From Candidatus Bathyarchaeota archaeon (lineage in GTDB: Archaea; Thermoproteota; Bathyarchaeia; 40CM-2-53-6), in assembly GCA_963706285.1 (NCBI GenBank), contig CAVPLU010000008.1:8435-72434 (forward strand): a stretch of 64,000 nucleotides of DNA, in the 5' to 3' direction. A program made the translations under genes and the position numbers. The notes under the pieces were generated by a model. It searched no databases. It worked only from the letters and a program-made list of their open reading frames with translations, and had not been told where the DNA came from. Position 1 is the first letter of the stretch. Each line of letters begins with the position of its first letter. Positions 38,955-47,139 of this stretch are shown one piece after another.

Positions 38955-40235
38955 CTACCCTCCTAATAAGTTCGGAAAGATCGTGGAGATGCCGTACAGA
39001 GACGAAACCGCGATCACAGCTACCACGATTGCCCAGTCTATTACGTTCTGAAACCTAGTGTTTACGTACGGCCCCATCAGTTCTTTCTGGTTCAACAGTA
39101 GAATCAAGAACACCAGAGCGGCAGGAAGTAGAGTCACAGCTATGATCTGCACAAAGAGCGTGATCAACACAAACGGTGCGTTGGGAATGAGCACTATGGC
39201 CCCGGCAAGCGCCACATTGAGGAAGTAGAACAGGTAGAACCAAGGAGAGCTCTTCACTTTCACGTTGAGAGTGTGCGCCCATCCGAAGACTTCTCCAAAC
39301 GCCCATGACGACGACAAAGAAATACAGATCGCGCCCAGAAGCCCCGCGTCGAAGAGACCAATGGCAAACAGCGCTCCCGCATATTGCCCCGCAAACGGGA
39401 CTAGCGCAAGGGCAGCTTCAGACGCTTCTGTGATGTTCAGGCCGATTACGTGGAGAGTTGATCCGGTTGCGATCATTATGAATGCGGCCCCTAGCCCTGT
39501 TAGAACCGAGCCGAGCGCGGTATCGATTTTAGCATACGGGATGTCCTTTTCGTCAAGTTCTTTGTCGACGACTGCACTTTGCTGGAAGAAGAGCATCCAG
39601 GGGGCTATTGTGGTTCCGATATTCGCCATTATCAATGTCAGCAAAGGGGTAGTGAGGCCCCCGGAGAATGTCGGAAGAAAAATGTCGTGAGCGATCACGT
39701 GCCAATCGGGCTTTGCTAGGAAGGCGGCAGGTATGTACACTAGGTTGAGGATACAGAAGACCATTGTTATTCTCTCAAAGGTCCAGTATGTCCCCGAGGA
39801 TACGAGTAAGGTTAGGAAGACGACTGCTGCCACGATCGTCAATATGGGAGGTACTCCAAAGATCTTTGCCGCCGCGACCATGCCAATGAATTCAGTCACA
39901 ATCGTTAGGAAGTTAACGAATGTCAGATCTATGAGCGAGAACCAGCCCCAAAACGGGCCGAATCCGTCGAAGATCGCCTCCGCATGTCCTCTCTTCGTTA
40001 CCGCTCCCAGCCGTACAGTCATCTCTTGGACAAAGTAGGCGAGTATGCAGAAGACTATGATCAGCCAGACGAGATTGAACCCGTAGCGTGAACCTGTGAT
40101 CGCATAGGTGGTAATTCCACCAGCGTCGTTGTCTGCAACCATCACTATGATGCCCGGTCCTGCGATAGCGGAGAAAATGGCAAGCCGTTTCCAGATGCGT
40201 CTATAGAGGTAATACGCTCGCGGCAACAACTTCAT
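38955..40235 (-). CDS. NRAMP/SLC11-family transporter with NRMT-like (putative Mg2+) binding-site substitutions
   Basis: 426 aa and about 11 TM. The TM1 motif is VADNDAGGITT where MntH has DPGN (Asn->Gly). The TM6 motif is IGTTIAPWM where MntH has GATVMPH (Ala->Thr, Met->Ala, His->Trp). Confidence 0.85.
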   Translation of the reverse strand: MKLLPRAYYLYRRIWKRLAIFSAIAGPGIIVMVADNDAGGITTYAITGSRYGFNLVWLIIVFCILAYFVQEMTVRLGAVTKRGHAEAIFDGFGPFWGWFSLIDLTFVNFLTIVTEFIGMVAAAKIFGVPPILTIVAAVVFLTLLVSSGTYWTFERITMVFCILNLVYIPAAFLAKPDWHVIAHDIFLPTFSGGLTTPLLTLIMANIGTTIAPWMLFFQQSAVVDKELDEKDIPYAKIDTALGSVLTGLGAAFIMIATGSTLHVIGLNITEASEAALALVPFAGQYAGALFAIGLFDAGLLGAICISLSSSWAFGEVFGWAHTLNVKVKSSPWFYLFYFLNVALAGAIVLIPNAPFVLITLFVQIIAVTLLPAALVFLILLLNQKELMGPYVNTRFQNVIDWAIVVAVIAVSSLYGISTIFPNLLGG

Positions 40236-40369
40236 TCTACTTCACCGCCATGCAATCTCAGTCGGATTCTTCTCAGGCCAGTCTGCTCTCTCTTCTCGTA
40301 ATGTCGCAACTGCCGCAACAGTATCGGAATTAAGGTTTGCTACGGTTCAAAACTTGCGATCGTTTTCGT

Positions 40370-41632
40370 TCATGAAGCGATTGCTGGCAGAGTGTTCATT
40401 GCGTAGGGCATCAGGAGAATTGAGGCGTCTTTTCCACGCGAGCGCCAGGCATCCTCCAGCACTTCTTGTGGCTTCTTGCAGGTCTTCAGGATGATGGAGT
40501 TTGTCTGTAACTTGTTTGATGCAAGAATGATCTCAGCTCGTCTGGCGATCTTGCTGAGGGCGAAAGCTTTGTGAGCGCCCAGAATGAATTGCCTGCTAAG
40601 TTTCTCTCTTATCTCGTCAAGACTGGAGGTGGTCGTCATCCAGTTCTCGAAGGTGGTGTTTCCGAAGCCTTCGTTGCATTCGGCAACTAGTATTATTGTG
40701 CCGCCATCCTTGACGGCGTGGGAGGCGTTCTCTATCGCCTTGTGCGCTTGATAGAGGTTGATATCTCTTGGATATCCACCAGCGCTTGCAAGCACAATAT
40801 CCGCCGGTTCTTTGATGGGTACCTTCTCTTGGTCATCAACGATTTTCGACGCGGCTCGTTGCGCAGCTATTGGATCTCCGGCGAATCCGCTGATGATTCG
40901 ATTTGACTCGTCTAGGACAACGTTAACGACGTATCGTAGTCCCGTCAGTCGTCCTGCTTCTTCGAAGTCTTCACGAACCGGGTTGGAATCGATGACTCCT
41001 GGTTCTGCGTTGGGAAGAGTCATGAGGCTGTGATTTCTCTCGATCGTCTCTTTGCCCGCGAGACCAGGCACCACTGCCTTGTAGCCGCCTGTGTAGCCGG
41101 CGAAATAGTGCACATCGACGTTTCCGATGGCAAGAGCAAAATCTGCTTCGAGAAGAAGCGGGTTGACAGATACTCGTGTGCCGCGGGTGGTGGTTCCGAT
41201 GTATTGCACGGAATCCACTGTGTGATCGATGACTTTCGGAATTGAAGTCGAGTACGAGCCTAGAAGAACGCGTTTCTCTGCGGCTGTATGGCCCCTATGT
41301 GTTCCTGTTCCGATGAGGACTCGCATGTTGTCGCGGGGAACGCCTGCTGCCTTGAACGATCGCATGACATGGGGGAGGATTGTCCGTGTCGGGCAAGGCC
41401 TCGTGATGTCACTCACTACAATCGCGACTTTGTCCTTACGGTCAAGAAGTTTCTGGAGAGGTTCTGCGCCTCTAGGCGCAGCTAATGCTTGAGGAACGCT
41501 TGGGCCACGGTGGACTGAAGGTCTCGGTCTCACGATCTCGAGTAGACGACTCTTCGGGATCTCAAGTTTGATTGAACCTTTTCCGTACCTGAGAGAAACC
41601 TGCAACCGACAGCCCTCACAGTGGTCGGTCAT
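40370..41632 (-). CDS. larA: LarA-family (nickel-pincer-dependent lactate racemase-like) protein
   Basis: VAIVVSDITRPCPT, IGTGTHRGHT and HYFAGYTGGYKAVVPG motifs (DUF2088 N-domain). ATG 41632. Confidence 0.83.
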   Translation of the reverse strand: MTDHCEGCRLQVSLRYGKGSIKLEIPKSRLLEIVRPRPSVHRGPSVPQALAAPRGAEPLQKLLDRKDKVAIVVSDITRPCPTRTILPHVMRSFKAAGVPRDNMRVLIGTGTHRGHTAAEKRVLLGSYSTSIPKVIDHTVDSVQYIGTTTRGTRVSVNPLLLEADFALAIGNVDVHYFAGYTGGYKAVVPGLAGKETIERNHSLMTLPNAEPGVIDSNPVREDFEEAGRLTGLRYVVNVVLDESNRIISGFAGDPIAAQRAASKIVDDQEKVPIKEPADIVLASAGGYPRDINLYQAHKAIENASHAVKDGGTIILVAECNEGFGNTTFENWMTTTSSLDEIREKLSRQFILGAHKAFALSKIARRAEIILASNKLQTNSIILKTCKKPQEVLEDAWRSRGKDASILLMPYAMNTLPAIAS

Positions 41633-41730
41633 GCTCAAAGCGTCTCATAGAAGTTTTGTTGAAGCGCAGCTTCGCAAAATCGTTAACTAGAGGCAACCGA
41701 AGTAGCAGAGACTGAGCGGGGGTACCCGAG

Positions 41731-41753
41731 GCCAGCCGTCGTGCTGGCGGGAA
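41731..41753 (+). other. tRNA intron 1 (23 nt) in the D-loop
   Basis: Bulge-helix-bulge fold: H = CCCG/CGGG, bulges AG|G and AA|C, outer helix CCAGC/GCTGG. The predicted cuts restore a 13-nt D-loop, GAGCCAGGTCTAA. Confidence 0.8.
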
Positions 41754-41770
41754 CCAGGTCTAAGGGGTAG

Positions 41771-41791
41771 AAGCGTCCAGACGCTGCCTCA
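41771..41791 (+). other. tRNA intron 2 (21 nt) inside the anticodon stem (between nt 29 and 30)
   Basis: BHB-like fold: H = GGGT/GCCT (2 GC + 2 GU), bulges AG|A and CA|G, outer helix AGCGT/ACGCT. The predicted cuts create a perfect TAGGC/GCCTA anticodon stem. Confidence 0.75.
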
Positions 41792-42741
41792 GCTTCAGGA
41801 GCCTATGGCGTAGGCCTTCGGGGGTTCGAATCCCCCCTCCCGCACCACTCTTGAGTGACGGCAAGATCTAATCACTGCAAAGTGGCCCATGAAATAGATG
41901 CAAGATTCATGATGTGCGCCACAGGAATGTCGTATGGGAGAATTCCTTAGTCGATTCGCCATATCATGGCCCAGAAAGCGGAGAAGGTTCCAACAACAAG
42001 AAGAGACAAGTGTGAACGAGCAGCATCAGAAAAATCACGGGCCTGACTTCAGTCTAGGTAAATGATATTTAGCACGCGAGAATGAGCTACTATTGCTGAG
42101 ACATGTCCACACGTCCGGAAAGAAGACTTGAATACGAACTGGAACAGCTGCTCCTACACATCGTGCAACATGAGCCTTCCAACATCGGTAAACGAACTTT
42201 AGTCGCAGCAATTGCTAGATGATGTAAGATCCCCTGATCAGATTCGAAGAAAGAGAGCTGAAGACTCGGCCAAGAAGGATCTGGGAATTGGGAGTTTTGG
42301 GAATTCTTAGCAACTATGCGTCAGAATCGAACTCATGTAGGCAACTCTAGATTCGATTGATATTTGAATCGTGGCCTGATGTGTTATGTCTAGAAGAAGA
42401 GCAAGAAGAAGGAGAAGAATACGAGCTAGAAGAACACAGCAGAAGAGCAGGCGAGCAAGGAGCCAACCTGAAAAGGAAAGAAGAACAGGGCACCGGCGTG
42501 CCAAAAGATAATAGCATCATTTGCATCTTTACAATTACCCGCAGCTTGCATCTTGCTTGTCTCAATGTTGATCAGTCGGTGGCGGATTCGCACAGTCCAA
42601 GGCAGCCATCGGTCAAACACCTGCCCGACATGGACAACGCATCGGTCGGATGTTGCTGGCGGAATCCTTCTGGTGCAGGAGATGAGTACCCACCGAAACT
42701 TTCATAGGCCGAAGCCGCACATCGGGAGCGGACAATCAGTC

Positions 42742-43827
42742 ATGTCACTCAAAGTCTTCGTAAGTAGTAGGATCAAGAACGGAGAACTAGCCGAGGAGCG
42801 CAACCTGGCGCGGAAAACAATCGAAGAATTGAAGCTAGAGCCTATAATGTGGGAGTTCCTCCCACCATCCACGTCATTGGATGCCGAAGACGCCTACCTA
42901 GACGGAGTCCGGCTTTGCGAAGTATATGTGGGAATAATCGGTGTGGAGGGCTCCCCCGCATCGCTTCGGGAATTCGAAGAAGCCGTGAAACTCGACAAGA
43001 AATGTTTCATGTTTGTGAAGAAAGTGCCCCAGCGACAACCAGGTGAAGATGAGTTCCTAGAGCATGCCAGAAAATCCAAGTGCGATGAATACTCGGATCC
43101 CCAAGAATTCTCGTCACAATTGGAGAAGATGCTTCTTGCCTTCATAGCTGAACAAACGCTGAGACGACTAGAAACAAAGGGTGAGTCCCGGGAGAACGTT
43201 GTTCACGCTTATCTTGAAGAATATGTTAGACCTGTGTTTGACGAAGTCAAGGAAATTGCTCTTTCTTTGAGCGACAGACGATATGTTGAGCTCCCTACTA
43301 ATGCTTGGAGTAGTGCCAGCAGAAGCGAGTTCTTTGGCACAGACGCTAGTGCGGATCAGCGGCTAGCAGAATTCTACTCCAGGGTGCACAGCCTCAACGA
43401 CTTGCGCAACGCTGCCATCGATGACCACAGACAGAACGTTGTTTCGGCAATGGAAGAAACGTTCCTTGAGACCGCCCAACCTCTCAATGAGTACGTCGTT
43501 GTCGAACGTCTACTAAATGAGAGCTTCGAATTCTTTCTAACCCGCGTGGATCCTTACAGTGAGCTTGCCAAGCCGTTGTTAAATCGGCTTGATGGCCCAC
43601 TCAAGTCTATTGCGCCTGAATATTGGAAAATACCATATGTGTCCGCACTGTGGCTTGTCAATAGGGCGTTCGTGCGGAGCCATCCTCCCGTTCTGGAAGA
43701 GAAGGGTGTATTGAAAGGAGGCAGAATGGCTACATATCTTGATGCATTCGGGGCCCTTCATCCCGTGGCAAGACGGATCTGTGAAATGCTACAAGAAATC
43801 TATCAAGGAAAGATCCAAGGCTCATGA
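42742..43827 (+). CDS. DUF4062 (TIR-like/deoxyribosyltransferase-like) N-terminal domain protein with unknown ~240-aa helical C-terminal region
   Basis: The N-terminus KVFVSSRIKNGELAEERNLARKTIEELKLEPIMWEF...EDAYLDGVRLCEVYVGIIG matches the DUF4062 pattern VFISS..L.eER....i...g..P...E.f......cl..v..cDiyigiiG. ATG 42742; the upstream ORF extension is not supported. Confidence 0.68.
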   Translation: MSLKVFVSSRIKNGELAEERNLARKTIEELKLEPIMWEFLPPSTSLDAEDAYLDGVRLCEVYVGIIGVEGSPASLREFEEAVKLDKKCFMFVKKVPQRQPGEDEFLEHARKSKCDEYSDPQEFSSQLEKMLLAFIAEQTLRRLETKGESRENVVHAYLEEYVRPVFDEVKEIALSLSDRRYVELPTNAWSSASRSEFFGTDASADQRLAEFYSRVHSLNDLRNAAIDDHRQNVVSAMEETFLETAQPLNEYVVVERLLNESFEFFLTRVDPYSELAKPLLNRLDGPLKSIAPEYWKIPYVSALWLVNRAFVRSHPPVLEEKGVLKGGRMATYLDAFGALHPVARRICEMLQEIYQGKIQGS

Positions 43828-43861
43828 CAACATTTGGAACGCAGTACGACATATCACTTCT

Positions 43862-44086
43862 TCATTTCGATTCACCTTGAATTAGACTCTCGACTGATCC
43901 CAAGCCCTTTTTTGTCACACGAAGGATCTTCCGACCTATTTCCTGCCGCCTTGAAAGACAGAATAGATACTCGATCTTGAGGGAAGCTTTGAATTCATCT
44001 TTTCTCCTTATGGGACCGCAGCTGGCCGCGTAGAAGATACCGTGAACCTGAGAATGATCGAAATCAGTTTCGACGATGGTTGTCAT
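43862..44086 (-). CDS. Hypothetical 74-aa protein filling the DUF4062-Pol intergenic gap
   Basis: ATG 44086 (MTTIVETDFDHSQVHGIFYAASCGPIRRKDEF...). Composition is balanced and I recognise no homologue. It overlaps the Pol start by 11 nt on the opposite strand. Confidence 0.25.
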   Translation of the reverse strand: MTTIVETDFDHSQVHGIFYAASCGPIRRKDEFKASLKIEYLFCLSRRQEIGRKILRVTKKGLGSVESLIQGESK

Positions 44087-44942
44087 GCCGGAACCGCTCA
44101 CCAAAGTGGATTTCACGAATTTGAACAAAGTGCTGTATCCAGAGCATGGAGTCACGAAAGCTCAGGTTATTGAGTACTACATCAGAATTGCCCCAAAGAT
44201 GCTCGGCCTGTTGGCGAAAAGGCCGCTTTCTCTGACCAGGTTTCCTAATGGCGTCGATAAGCTTGGCTTCTACGAGAAGGACACCCCAACGGGTACGCCA
44301 TCGTGGGTAGAGACTTTCAAGAGATACTCCGAAACAGCGCAACGGGAAATCAATTACATAGTCTGCAATGATTTGGACACACTCCTTTGGCTCGCCAACC
44401 TCGCCGCCTTGGAGATCCACATGACGCTTTCCCAGACAGACTCCTTCGAAAGTCCGGATCTCGCCCTAATTGACCTAGATCCGGAACCACCGGTAGGCTA
44501 CGATGATGTCGTCGAAGTCGCGCTCTTGCTGAAAGAAAAACTAGAGGCATCAGATCTCAGATCCTACGTCAAGACATCTGGCAGGAAGGGATTGCATGTT
44601 GTAGTCCCCATTTGTGAGGGATACACGTTTCGAGAGACACGAGAATTCGTCCATCAGATCGGAAGAAGCCTAGAGAAAGAATCCGATATCGTCGTCGCAG
44701 AGTTCTCCAGGTCACGAGACTCCGGAACGGTCTTCATAGATTACTTGCAGAATTCCCACGGAAGAACAATGGTTTGCCCTTACAGTTTGAGAGCTACTCC
44801 CAACGCGACCTTGTCAATGCCTCTGGAATGGAGCGACGTAAGGAAGGGTTTGAATCCCGAAGAGTTTAACATACTCACCGCGCGAGGAATTGACAGCAAC
44901 CCGTGGAAGGATCTGCTTCAGGACAAGCAGAGACTGGCGTGA
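44076..44942 (+). CDS. NHEJ polymerase/primase (LigD Pol domain, AEP superfamily), stand-alone
   Basis: 288 aa with LNKVLYPEHGVTKAQVIEYY, LIDLDP and YVKTSGRKGLHVVVPI motifs. Confidence 0.9.
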   Translation: MVVMPEPLTKVDFTNLNKVLYPEHGVTKAQVIEYYIRIAPKMLGLLAKRPLSLTRFPNGVDKLGFYEKDTPTGTPSWVETFKRYSETAQREINYIVCNDLDTLLWLANLAALEIHMTLSQTDSFESPDLALIDLDPEPPVGYDDVVEVALLLKEKLEASDLRSYVKTSGRKGLHVVVPICEGYTFRETREFVHQIGRSLEKESDIVVAEFSRSRDSGTVFIDYLQNSHGRTMVCPYSLRATPNATLSMPLEWSDVRKGLNPEEFNILTARGIDSNPWKDLLQDKQRLA

Positions 44943-44948
44943 GCTGGG

Positions 44949-45743
44949 ATGGTTAAAGAGAAGAGGGAAATATCCAGCAGACCGATTTGGACTGGAAGAA
45001 TTAGTATCGGTCTAGTGAATGTTCCAGTCAAACTCCATACGATGGTATTTGATAGGGGTGTCTCTTTCCATTTTCTGCACAAGGACGATGGCCAACCGCT
45101 GAAGTACGAGAGGGTTTGCACTAAAGACGGTCAAGTCGTTGCTTGGGAGAATGTCGTGAAGGGGTACGAGGTCAGCAAGGGTCGGTTTGTAGTCTTCCAG
45201 AAAGACGAATTGAATGCGGCAAGGCCGGAGTCAAATCAGACGATCCGCCTTCAGAAGTTTGTAGACTTCCTTTCGATCGATCCGATCTACCTCGATAGAT
45301 CCTACATTCTGGCGCCTGACAAGAGCGATGACGCCTACAGCCTTCTCTTGGGGACTCTTCAGAAAATGGGCAAGGCGGGTGTCGGGAGGATCACATTGCG
45401 GGAGAAGGAGTGTCCAGTTCTTGTGCATCCCTACAAGAACGCCCTAGTCTTGACCACTCTGCGATACGCAAGCGAGATCGCAGACCCCGCCCGGCTCGAA
45501 GAGCTGAAGACGCTTAAACAACCTAACCAGGAAGAGATCGCCCTCGCCAAGAAGATAGTATCAGATCTCTCAGGAGAATTCGACATAACAGAGTACAAAG
45601 ACGCCTACCAAGAAAAAGTGAAGGCTCTGATAGAGAAGAAGATGAAAGGTGAAACAATCGTCTACGAACAGCCCGTGAAGGAAGAAGCAAAGGAACTCAT
45701 GGTGGCCCTCCAGGAAACTCTCAAACAACTGAAGAAGAAATGA
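44949..45743 (+). CDS. ku: Ku DNA end-binding protein
   Basis: RPIWTGRISIGLVNVPVKLH...KGYEVSKGRFVVFQKDEL, a typical prokaryotic Ku core. 264 aa. Confidence 0.94.
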   Translation: MVKEKREISSRPIWTGRISIGLVNVPVKLHTMVFDRGVSFHFLHKDDGQPLKYERVCTKDGQVVAWENVVKGYEVSKGRFVVFQKDELNAARPESNQTIRLQKFVDFLSIDPIYLDRSYILAPDKSDDAYSLLLGTLQKMGKAGVGRITLREKECPVLVHPYKNALVLTTLRYASEIADPARLEELKTLKQPNQEEIALAKKIVSDLSGEFDITEYKDAYQEKVKALIEKKMKGETIVYEQPVKEEAKELMVALQETLKQLKKK

Positions 45744-47138
45744 GCCCCAACCGATACAGACCAATGCTCGCACAATCCGTGCCAGCACCCTTCACCTCCA
45801 AAGACTGGATCTTCGAGATCAAATGGGATGGCTTTAGGGCGATCAGCTACGTGGACGATGAGCTGAGAATAACGAGTAGAAATGGCACGGAGTTGAAGCA
45901 CAACTTCCCCGAACTTCAAGAATTGAAAGATCTAGCTCGCAACGTTGTGCTCGACGGCGAAATAGTTGTAATGAAAAATGGGAAAGCGGATTTCCAAGCA
46001 GTCTTAGAACGAAACAGAAGAACAACTTCTCTCGACATTGAATATCGATCCCAAGAATCTCCCGCAACATACGTAATCTTTGACATACTCGAAAAGGACG
46101 GCAATGCCCTCATCGGTCTTCCCTTAGTCGAAAGAAAACGAATCCTGAAAGAATCCGTAAGAGAAGGTCAACATGTCATACTATCGATCTATGAAGAAGA
46201 GGATGGAAGATCATACTACGATGCTGCCCTCAAACAGGGCATAGAAGGCGTAATAGCGAAGCGAAAAGATAGTCCATACGAACCTGGCGCTAGAAGCAAC
46301 AACTGGCTGAAGATAAAGTCCCTCACGTCCTGTGACTGTGTAATCTTCGGATATACGAGCGGAGAAGGCCGCAGGAAAGAGCGCTTTCGGGGCAATGATC
46401 CTGGGACTCTATGATGGCGGAACGCCAGTCTATGTTGGAAAGGTGGGTACAGGGTTCTCGGACGACGCAATGGAACTTCTGATGCAAGCATTTCAGGACT
46501 TGCGAATGAAGGAACCAACTCTCAGTAATGTTGACGTTTCACAACAGATTACTTGGCTTAAGCCGATTCTTGTTTGCGAGATCGTCTATCAAACAGTCAC
46601 GAAAGACCATAGACTCCGCATGCCAAGGTTCAGCAGATTGCGATCCGACAAAGCTCCGCTTGAATGCACGTTAGATCAAATAATGCCTACGGGCTTGCAG
46701 GAATACGTCTCTAAACGGGACTTTGGTCTCACCCCTGAACCCGCGGGTACTTTAGTGAGAGAGGAAGGCATGGCATTCGTTGTGCAGGAGCATCATGCCA
46801 GAAGGCTTCACTATGACTTCAGGCTGGAGAGGTTGGGAGTTCTGAAGAGCTGGGCCGTTCCAAAAGGAGTTCCCGAAAAACCCGGTGACAAGAGACTCGC
46901 GGTGGAGACTGAAGATCATCCGCTAGAATACAAAGAATTCGAAGGCACGATTCCTCAGGGGCAATATGGCGCCGGAACCGTCAAGACATGGGATAAAGGT
47001 TCATACAAACTCCTTGTATGGGATAAAGAAAAGATCGAGTTCATTCTCACTGGAGAAAGGCTTGACGGCAGATATGTCCTTGCGAGATTCAAGAAGGCAG
47101 GGCCGAAGCAGTGGCTTCTGATTAGAGCGAGGAATTGA
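45740..47138 (+). pseudogene. ligD: ATP-dependent DNA ligase fused to 3'-phosphoesterase (LigD Lig-PE), split by one +1 frame break (~46370-46392)
   Basis: ORF 45740-46414 has the adenylation motif EIKWDGFR, LDGEIV and GVIAKRKDSPY. ORF 46395-47138 continues with the OB domain (AMILGLYD...VGKVGTGF) and then the PE domain (FVVQEHHARRLHYDFRLE...WAVPKG). ATGA overlap with ku. Confidence 0.9.
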
Positions 47139-47139
47139 A

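Larger units (their letters stand above)
41716..41847 (+). tRNA. tRNA-Leu(CAG), class II, with two introns and genomically encoded CCA
   Basis: Removing 41731-41753 and 41771-41791 gives GCGGGGG-TA-CCC-GAGCCAGGTCTAA-GGG-G-TAGGC-TTCAGGA-GCCTA-TGGCGTAGGCCTTC-GGGGG-TTCGAAT-CCCCC-CTCCCGC-A-CCA, a complete cloverleaf. Confidence 0.85.

Noticed and set aside
42103-42222. A 39-aa ORF (MSTRPERRLEYELEQLLLHIVQHEPSNIGKRTLVAAIAR) after the tRNA, possibly a wHTH or integrase remnant.
   Set aside because: It is too short and has no diagnostic motif, so it cannot be told apart from a chance ORF.
42217-42260. A C/D-box sRNA-like string: aGATGATGt ... CTGA ... CTGA.
   Set aside because: The C box is imperfect (UGAUGU), there is no C' box, the guide spacer is about 9 nt instead of about 12, there is no terminal stem, and the element would be only about 43 nt.
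42357-42707. A 116-aa acidic ORF (EEEQEEGEEYELEE...) over a ~110-nt purine-rich tract (42381-42495).
   Set aside because: Low-complexity translation of a purine-rich stretch. It overlaps unsupported ORF extensions and has no start-site or homology support.
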